The notes beneath the pieces were generated by a model. The model did no database searches. It saw nothing but the letters and a program-made list of their open reading frames with translations, and was not told the origin of the DNA. Positions 58,753 through 64,000 of a DNA stretch of 64,000 nt are shown piece by piece. The number at the start of each line of letters is the position of its first letter. Within the stretch, counting starts at the first letter, position 1. The DNA is taken from assembly GCA_016181965.1 (NCBI GenBank), contig JACOYH010000007.1, forward strand, positions 7,110 to 71,109, written 5' to 3'. The DNA is from Candidatus Nealsonbacteria bacterium (lineage in GTDB: Bacteria > Patescibacteriota > Minisyncoccia > Minisyncoccales > MHMH01). Both the position numbers and the translations under genes were made by a program.

Positions 58753-58792
58753 TTGTCTGTGCAGGTTTGTCTGTGCAGGTTTAACCTGCACA
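58753..58792. repeat. 14-nt tandem duplication whose second copy forms a 21-nt palindrome
   Basis: ttgtctgtgcaggt ttgtctgtgcaggt tta acctgcaca. The palindrome TGTGCAGGT tta ACCTGCACA lies at 58772-58792. Confidence 0.85.
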
Positions 58793-58826
58793 AGCCGAAA
58801 ACGGAGTAGAATGCATCATCCCTGCG

Positions 58827-58855
58827 TTGACTGCTGGGATTTTCTTTTGTAATAT
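58827..58855 (+). promoter_or_regulatory. sigma-70-type promoter upstream of topA (TTGACT-N17-TAATAT)
   Basis: ttgact 58827-58832; taatat 58850-58855; about 29 nt to the ATG. Confidence 0.5.
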
Positions 58856-58884
58856 TACCGCCGTCGTGTTAAATTAAAAAAATA

Positions 58885-60903
58885 ATGAAACTCATTATCG
58901 TTGAGTCGCCGACAAAAAGCAAAACCCTGCAATCGTTTTTGGGAAAAGACTACAAAGTGCTTTCTTCTTTTGGCCACGTAAGAGACCTTCCCAAGGGCTC
59001 TCTTGGCGTTGATTTGGAAAATAATTTTAAGCCAAAATACGTCATTCCCACAAAATCAAGAAAAACTGTGACCGCCCTGAAGAAAGAACTGCCAAAAAGC
59101 GATTCGGTTGTTTTAGCGACTGATGAGGACAGAGAGGGCGAGGCCATTGCTTGGCATTTGGCGCAGGCGCTTGATTTAAGCGGGCAAAAAAAATACGAGA
59201 GAATCGCTTTTCATGAAATTACAAAGCCGGCGATATTGGAAGCGCTGAAAAACCCCCGCGAAATAGACATGAATTTAGTCAACGCCCAGCAGGCGAGACG
59301 GGTGCTCGACAGAATTGTCGGCTATAAACTTTCGCCTTTTTTATGGAAAAAAATCGCCCGCGGCCTGTCGGCCGGCAGAGTTCAGTCGATAGCCGTTCGG
59401 CTGGTGGTAGAGAGAGAAAGGGAAATCAAAAAGTTTCAATCTCAAGAATATTGGAGCATTATTGCCCTTCTTATTGCCGAGGACAGTCCTCGGCAATTTG
59501 AAACAATATTATACAAAAAAAATGGCGAGGCCATAGATAAGCTGGCGATAAAAAATACCGAAGAAGCAGAAGCAATAATCAGCGAGTTAAGGGGGGCGGA
59601 ATACAAAGTCGAAAATATTGAAAAAAAGGAAAGTCGCAGAAATCCCCTGCCCCCTTTCACTACCTCAACTCTCCAGCAAGATGCTTGGCGCAAATTTAAA
59701 TTTCCGGCCAAGTTCACTATGCGCATCGCTCAAAATCTTTACGAAAGAGGATTTATCACTTACCACCGCACCGACTCTTTGAATCTTTCCGGTTTAGCCC
59801 TGGGAGCGGCGAAGGAATTGATTACTGAAAGATATGGCCAAAATTACCATCAGTTCAGAAAATACAAAAGCAAAGGCAGGGCGCAAGAAGCGCATGAAGC
59901 CATCAGGCCGACCAACGCCGACAGACCTCCCAAAAACCTTGACGAAAACCAACGCCGCCTTTATGAGCTAATCTGGCAAAGATTTATCGCCTGCCAAATG
60001 GCCCCGGCTGTTTTTGACGCTGTGGCCATTGATATCGCGGCTCAAAATTATACCTTCAGGGCCAACGGCCAAACATTAAAATTCGACGGCTTCTTAAAAG
60101 CATACCCCATTAAATACGAAGAAACAGATTTGCCTCTTTTAGAAAAAGAAGAGATTTTGGAATTAAAAAAACTCGTAACCTCTCAGCACTTTACCCAGCC
60201 GCCTGCCCGATACACCGAAGCCACGCTGATCAAGGCCCTGGAAGCAGAGGGCATTGGCAGGCCCTCAACTTACGCCCCAACGCTCTCTACTATTCAAGAC
60301 AGGAATTATATTGAAAAAAATGAAAAACGCTATTTCCAGCCGACCGAAATCGGCACGGTGGTCAACGACCTTTTGGTTGAACATTTCCCTCAAATTGTCG
60401 ACATAAAATTTACGGCCAATATGGAGGATGCCTTGGACAAAATTGCCGAAGGCGAAGCCGAGTGGACGAAAATCATCGGAGAATTTTACGGGCCCTTCGC
60501 GGAAAATCTTGAAAAAAAATACGAGGAGGTTTCCAAAAAGGACTTCACCGAAAAACCCACCGGCAAAACGTGCCCCAAGTGCGGCTCTCCCCTAATAATG
60601 CGGCTGGGAAAATTCGGCCAATTCTATGCCTGCTCTAAATTCCCCGACTGCAAATACACCGAGTCACTGCCGCAAAAAAATCTGAATGTTAAATGTCCGA
60701 AATGCCTTGAGGGCGATTTGGTGGAAAAAAGAACCAAGCGCAAAAAAATATTTTACGGCTGTAATCGCTTCCCCAAGTGCGATTTTGCTTTGTGGGACAA
60801 ACCAACTGGCGAAAAATGCCAAAAGTGCGGCTCTCTATTGGTAGAGAAACAAAAAAAGATAAAATGCTCAAATAAGGAGTGCGACTACCAGAAAGACAAA
60901 TAA
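58885..60903 (+). CDS. topA: DNA topoisomerase I (type IA) with C-terminal zinc ribbons
   Basis: Toprim MKLIIVESPTKSKTL..ATDEDREGEAIAWH; active-site region ITYHRTDS; three C4 ribbons (CPKCGSPL...CSKFPDC and others). Confidence 0.95.
   Translation: MKLIIVESPTKSKTLQSFLGKDYKVLSSFGHVRDLPKGSLGVDLENNFKPKYVIPTKSRKTVTALKKELPKSDSVVLATDEDREGEAIAWHLAQALDLSGQKKYERIAFHEITKPAILEALKNPREIDMNLVNAQQARRVLDRIVGYKLSPFLWKKIARGLSAGRVQSIAVRLVVEREREIKKFQSQEYWSIIALLIAEDSPRQFETILYKKNGEAIDKLAIKNTEEAEAIISELRGAEYKVENIEKKESRRNPLPPFTTSTLQQDAWRKFKFPAKFTMRIAQNLYERGFITYHRTDSLNLSGLALGAAKELITERYGQNYHQFRKYKSKGRAQEAHEAIRPTNADRPPKNLDENQRRLYELIWQRFIACQMAPAVFDAVAIDIAAQNYTFRANGQTLKFDGFLKAYPIKYEETDLPLLEKEEILELKKLVTSQHFTQPPARYTEATLIKALEAEGIGRPSTYAPTLSTIQDRNYIEKNEKRYFQPTEIGTVVNDLLVEHFPQIVDIKFTANMEDALDKIAEGEAEWTKIIGEFYGPFAENLEKKYEEVSKKDFTEKPTGKTCPKCGSPLIMRLGKFGQFYACSKFPDCKYTESLPQKNLNVKCPKCLEGDLVEKRTKRKKIFYGCNRFPKCDFALWDKPTGEKCQKCGSLLVEKQKKIKCSNKECDYQKDK
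59473..59497. repeat. 25-nt perfect palindrome in-frame inside topA
   Basis: ATTGCCGAGGAC a GTCCTCGGCAAT, encoding IAEDSPRQ. Shares aggacagtcctcgg with the 53-nt hairpin at 4646-4698. Confidence 0.85.
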
Positions 60904-60904
60904 A

Positions 60905-60928
60905 AAAGTGCCGCTTCTACGGCACTTT
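60905..60928. terminator. bidirectional terminator hairpin between topA and the Qng1-like gene
   Basis: aaagtgccg cttcta cggcacttt. A6 lies upstream, giving U-rich sequence after the stem on the minus strand. Confidence 0.6.
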
Positions 60929-60939
60929 CGTGTTGATTG

Positions 60940-61956
60940 TCAATAGTCCGTTGTCGGAACAAGGATGTGCGGCTCCTGTGACTGCCTGCCCAAGTTCCAA
61001 ATATGGAAATCGGCTTGCGCCATATTAATGCCGGCCCCTTCGCAAAGTTTTACCATCGCATAGCTCATAGCCAAACGATTCTCCACCTCACAGGTGTGTC
61101 CGGGCATAAAAACATAATGCTGTCGTATCATTTCTTCCAATAACGGCGAGTATTCTAATACCCCCAAAAATTTGAGGGTTTTAGGCACTTCGTAGTCGGC
61201 AATCGGGCCGATCTCGTCAGCATCTTTAAGTAGGGGAAATTTGCCTCCGGAATTCATTGCCCGTCCTTGATACATCATGACCAAAAGCTGGGCGCGTTTC
61301 TGAAACAGCAGGTTGCGCCTTCTGTAGCTTCTGAAGTCCCGAAATGAGAAGAAAGCGTTGGTTAGTTGATCGACAATACCCAAGCCGCCAAAGGCCCGCC
61401 AACCGGCGAAGTGAAACAAATTAAGCCAACTCCCATCGTACCTTCGGAGAAGGATTTCGGCCACTTGCTGAAGAATCATCTGCCTTTCTGCAAGCATGGG
61501 AATTTGGTGATCGTCGTCAGCGGCTCGAAAAATATGCGCGGCATCCGTTAAGGAAATGTTGCGCATATAATCGGGGTCAAAAACCGGCGTCCCTTCTTTC
61601 AGAGCTCTCATAAAGCAGGCCTGCATGGCGAAAGCGCCGCGCCAGTGCATTCCCAAAGGATATTCAACGGTAAACTTGGTGGAAGGCGGTTCGAAGTTGG
61701 TGAAAGCGAAGTTAATCGTATTTATCCAGCAAACAAAATTTATCCATTCCTCCAAGCCGCAATTTAACTTTGGCTGGGCCGGATAGGTGTCCCAGGCAGG
61801 TGTTGACAAATCCTTGCCTTTCATTTCTTCAATAAGCTGCTGGAGCTTATCCTCATTCACCCAAACATGCTTGGTGTTGCGCCAAACGCGCGCCAAGGTC
61901 TTAGTATAACTGTTCACCCTGACCACTCCTTCTTGCTTTGTAATGATCTCTGGCAT
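60940..61956 (-). CDS. queuosine-salvage protein family (DUF2419/Qng1-like)
   Basis: ...INFAFTNF...HWRGAFAMQACFMRALKEGTPV...IPMLAERQMILQQVAEIL...FQKRAQLLVMM...IADYEVPKTLKFLGVLEYS...EVENRLAMSYA.. resembles DUF2419. ATG at 61956; the ORF-track start at 61965 is TTG. Confidence 0.6.
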   Translation of the reverse strand: MPEIITKQEGVVRVNSYTKTLARVWRNTKHVWVNEDKLQQLIEEMKGKDLSTPAWDTYPAQPKLNCGLEEWINFVCWINTINFAFTNFEPPSTKFTVEYPLGMHWRGAFAMQACFMRALKEGTPVFDPDYMRNISLTDAAHIFRAADDDHQIPMLAERQMILQQVAEILLRRYDGSWLNLFHFAGWRAFGGLGIVDQLTNAFFSFRDFRSYRRRNLLFQKRAQLLVMMYQGRAMNSGGKFPLLKDADEIGPIADYEVPKTLKFLGVLEYSPLLEEMIRQHYVFMPGHTCEVENRLAMSYAMVKLCEGAGINMAQADFHIWNLGRQSQEPHILVPTTDY

Positions 61957-61965
61957 ACAATACAA

Positions 61966-61971
61966 TATAAT
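61966..61971 (+). promoter_or_regulatory. -10 box (TATAAT), 8 nt upstream of the relA/spoT ATG
   Basis: acaaTATAATctaacacaATG. No good -35 recognised. Confidence 0.4.
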
Positions 61972-61979
61972 CTAACACA

Positions 61980-63704
61980 ATGTCAACCCCCAATATAATT
62001 CAAAAAATTCTTAGAGCCGCGCCCGAACAAAAGCTCGCCCAGAAGGCGTTAGAGTTTGCCAGGGCCGCTCATCTGGGCCAAAAAAGACGCTCGGGCGAGG
62101 ATTATATCAATCACCCCATTAAAGTGGCTGAAACATTGCGGCAAATGGGCTTGGATCAGCAGACAATTGCTGCCGGTTTTTTGCATGATGTGGTGGATGA
62201 CACGAATAAAACCCCGGACGATATTGAAAATGAATTTGGCAAAGAAGTTGCTTTTTTAGTAGCTGGCGTGAGTAAACTGGGTAAATTGAGATATCCCAAG
62301 ACGGGCTTGGAAATAAAAACCATGGAGGAAAGAGTCGAAGAGCCGATTGACCCGCGGGCAGAAAATTTGAGAAAAATGTTTTTTGCTATGGGCGAGGACT
62401 TAAGAGTTGTTTTAATTAAGCTGGCCGACCGGCTTCACAACATGGAAACGCTGGAGTCGCTGCCTCCTGAAAAACAAAAAAGAATTTCTCTGGAAACGCT
62501 CGAGGTCTTCGTGCCATTGGCCGACCGACTGGGAATCGGTGAGATGAGAGGCAAACTGCAAGACCTGGCTTTTCCCTATCTCTATCCCAAAGAATACGAC
62601 TGGCTGACAATTAATGTTCGGGAAAGGTATGAAAAAAGAAAAAGTTATTCGCAAGCCGTTCAGCCGGTTTTAAAGCATCTGCTGGCCCAAGAGGGAATAA
62701 AAATACTCGATATGCATTCCCGGGCAAAGTCCTACTGGAGCTTGTATCAAAAACTGCTGAAAAACGAAATGAATATTGATAAAATTTACGACCTGGTGGC
62801 CCTGCGAATCATCGTTAAAGATGTGGCTTCCTGTTACAAGGCCTTGGGTATTATTCATAAACACTGGCGGCCTCTGCCTCAAAAAATTCAGGATTTTATC
62901 GCCTTGCCCAGACCCAACGGCTATCAGGGCCTTCACACAACCGTGTTCTGTCTTGAAGGAAAACTGACCGAATTTCAAATTAAAACAAAAGAAATGCACG
63001 ATGAAGCGGAAAACGGCATTTGCGCCCATTGGGCTTACAAACAGGGCATTGACTTGGCAAGCCAGAAAGATAAATTCGCTTGGGTTGCGCAATTGAGGGA
63101 CTGGCCCGAGGTTGTGGAAACGCTCAAAATTGATTTTTTCAAAAACAGGATTTTTGTCTTTACTCCAAAGGGCGATGTGATTGACCTGCCCGAAGGAGCC
63201 ACGCCCGTTGATTTTGCTTATTCCGTGCATACCGACATTGGCAACAAATGCGCCGGGGCCAAAGTGAACGGCAAAATGCTCGCCCTGTCGCAAGCCCTCA
63301 AAAATGGCGACGTGGTTGAGATTGTTGTAGATAAAAATAAAAAACCGTCTCGCGATTGGCTGGAATTTGCCAAAACCAGCATGGCGCGCTCGCGCATTAA
63401 GACCTTCTTGAAACTGAAATTTGAAAAGCAAGCGCCGGATAAAGAAGTTGCCCCCCTGCCGCCAAAAACACGCCCCGAGCTTTCCATCAAACCGTCAGTT
63501 AAGGGAACGCGCATCGCCTTAGCGGGGCAAAAAGGCATGCAGGTATTTTTGGCTAAATGCTGTTTGCCCGAGGCGGGCCGGCCAATCAAGGCCTACATCA
63601 CCCGCAGCCGCGGCGCCTCGGTGCACCAAGAAAGCTGCGTTAACCTTGTCAGGGCAAAACAAAAATGGCCCTATAAAGTTATAGAGGCCACTTGGGATGA
63701 ATAA
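61980..63704 (+). CDS. relA: bifunctional (p)ppGpp synthetase/hydrolase (RelA/SpoT homologue) with HD, synthetase and TGS domains; short C-terminus
   Basis: HLGQKRRSGEDYINHP..LHDVVDDT (HD); RAKSYWSLYQKL..DLVALRIIV..YQGLHTTV (synthetase); VFTPKGDVIDLPEGATPVDFAYSVHTDIG (TGS). Confidence 0.9.
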   Translation: MSTPNIIQKILRAAPEQKLAQKALEFARAAHLGQKRRSGEDYINHPIKVAETLRQMGLDQQTIAAGFLHDVVDDTNKTPDDIENEFGKEVAFLVAGVSKLGKLRYPKTGLEIKTMEERVEEPIDPRAENLRKMFFAMGEDLRVVLIKLADRLHNMETLESLPPEKQKRISLETLEVFVPLADRLGIGEMRGKLQDLAFPYLYPKEYDWLTINVRERYEKRKSYSQAVQPVLKHLLAQEGIKILDMHSRAKSYWSLYQKLLKNEMNIDKIYDLVALRIIVKDVASCYKALGIIHKHWRPLPQKIQDFIALPRPNGYQGLHTTVFCLEGKLTEFQIKTKEMHDEAENGICAHWAYKQGIDLASQKDKFAWVAQLRDWPEVVETLKIDFFKNRIFVFTPKGDVIDLPEGATPVDFAYSVHTDIGNKCAGAKVNGKMLALSQALKNGDVVEIVVDKNKKPSRDWLEFAKTSMARSRIKTFLKLKFEKQAPDKEVAPLPPKTRPELSIKPSVKGTRIALAGQKGMQVFLAKCCLPEAGRPIKAYITRSRGASVHQESCVNLVRAKQKWPYKVIEATWDE

Positions 63705-63758
63705 TTGGGATGAATAAAAAAAGTTGGGCGGAGCAATGTGACTTGCCCCGCCCTTGGA

Positions 63759-63998
63759 CTACTCCGTCTTCGCCCCGGGCCAGATGGCCCGGATTTGCAA
63801 GACCTCTTTCCGCGCGAGAAGCTCGAGACGCTCCGCGCAGAGCTGGTCCTGTTCCTTACACATCTCCGAGAACACCTCGTCAAGTGCCACACGTCCGGCC
63901 TCAGTGCGCGGCTTCAGGTCACGCAATACTAGACCCTGCTTTTCCATCTCCCGAAACCGCTCTTGGATCTCATCGAGCCTTTCCAGAATAGCATCCAT
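63759..63998 (-). CDS. hypothetical helical protein in a G+C-rich segment; the N-terminus may lie beyond the window
   Basis: MDAILERLDEIQERFREMEKQGLVLRDLKP... has sensible composition. The competing + ORF 63710..63991 is Pro/Arg-rich frame noise. Confidence 0.35.
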   Translation of the reverse strand: MDAILERLDEIQERFREMEKQGLVLRDLKPRTEAGRVALDEVFSEMCKEQDQLCAERLELLARKEVLQIRAIWPGAKTE

Positions 63999-64000
63999 TT

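Noticed and set aside
4537-59497. Possibility that the many palindromes represent a CRISPR array
   Set aside because: The repeats belong to different sequence families, are tens of kb apart, are not regularly spaced with unique spacers, and several lie inside genes. No cas genes are present.
62670-63431. 253-aa minus-strand ORF, plus 63218..63589 and 62412..62654
   Set aside because: These are antisense to the well-supported relA/spoT gene. Their composition (F/N/G/H-rich, many rare residues) is typical of a shadow frame.
63710-63991. 93-aa plus-strand ORF in the G+C-rich right edge
   Set aside because: The Pro/Arg/Ser-rich low-complexity sequence is typical of an off-frame in G+C-rich DNA. 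The minus-strand ORF is more protein-like, though itself uncertain.
1-64000. tRNA, rRNA, tmRNA, RNase P, IS element or prophage content
   Set aside because: I saw no T-arm or anticodon-arm-like GTTCGAATC-type signatures in the spacers. No spacer except 58647-58884 and 20886-21116 exceeds about 200 nt, and those two are filled by repeats. No transposase, integrase or phage-like ORF appears in the six-frame track.

Overview
The window is a 64-kb stretch of a compact, roughly 40% G+C bacterial genome. About 58 protein genes are packed tightly, mostly on the minus strand, and many have overlapping stop and start codons. I found no rRNA, tRNA, CRISPR array, transposase or integrase. All family calls come from motifs read by eye in the translations; I ran no HMM or BLAST search. 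The gene content suggests a Patescibacteria/CPR (Parcubacteria-like) organism, which is an inference. The supporting features are coiled-coil plus peptidoglycan-binding surface proteins, a DUF5667-type anti-sigma next to an ECF sigma, lamin-tail-domain giants, a ComEC without a beta-lactamase domain, a class II RNR, and shortened Mfd and Pth.

Layout from left to right:
- 1-1513: partial ArnT/PMT-like GT-C glycosyltransferase, missing from the ORF track.
- 1590-5420: small accessory genes, namely an ATP-cone/nuclease fusion, SIMPL, GerMN and an AlkD-like protein.
- 5424-18351: glycan-biosynthesis cluster with five GT4 enzymes, a DegT aminotransferase, a frameshifted FemAB-like gene, a deacetylase, two SDR epimerases, a UGDH-like enzyme and a polytopic TPR protein.
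- 18365-25304: three secreted surface proteins, including a 1395-aa repeat protein.
- 25455-27796: ECF sigma, anti-sigma, a wHTH regulator and a coiled-coil protein.
- 27885-32446: a membrane protein and a 1335-aa LTD/beta-helix protein.
- 32443-40744: a dead HtrA-like protein coupled to clpB, an NDT-like protein, a TrpR/YerC-like regulator, active htrA, iscU/iscS and a PHP protein.
- 40741-45372: a processive GT2, a glycoside hydrolase, a transporter and a GT-B-like protein.
- 45377-64000: comEC, a corrinoid adenosyltransferase plus nrdJ, ftsZ/ftsA, yqeY, rpsU, hisS, lepB, pth, mfd flanked by two paralogous membrane proteins, topA, a Qng1-like gene and relA/spoT.

The most unusual signal is a large set of short perfect palindromes of 20-33 nt and of 53-54 nt. 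They fall into several recurring sequence families. Some are inserted in-frame inside unrelated genes: four of the five GT4 genes, mfd, topA and the LTD protein. Others lie in promoters or at gene ends.

Secondary signals:
- A 26-bp palindrome occurs three times around a TrpR-like regulator and clpB.
- An AATTGTGACATT motif clusters around the sigma and wHTH genes and the giant surface gene.
- Several consensus promoters sit 6-8 nt from the ATG, a geometry that suggests leaderless mRNAs.
- There are two G8 tracts.
- A triad-dead protease is translationally coupled to clpB.
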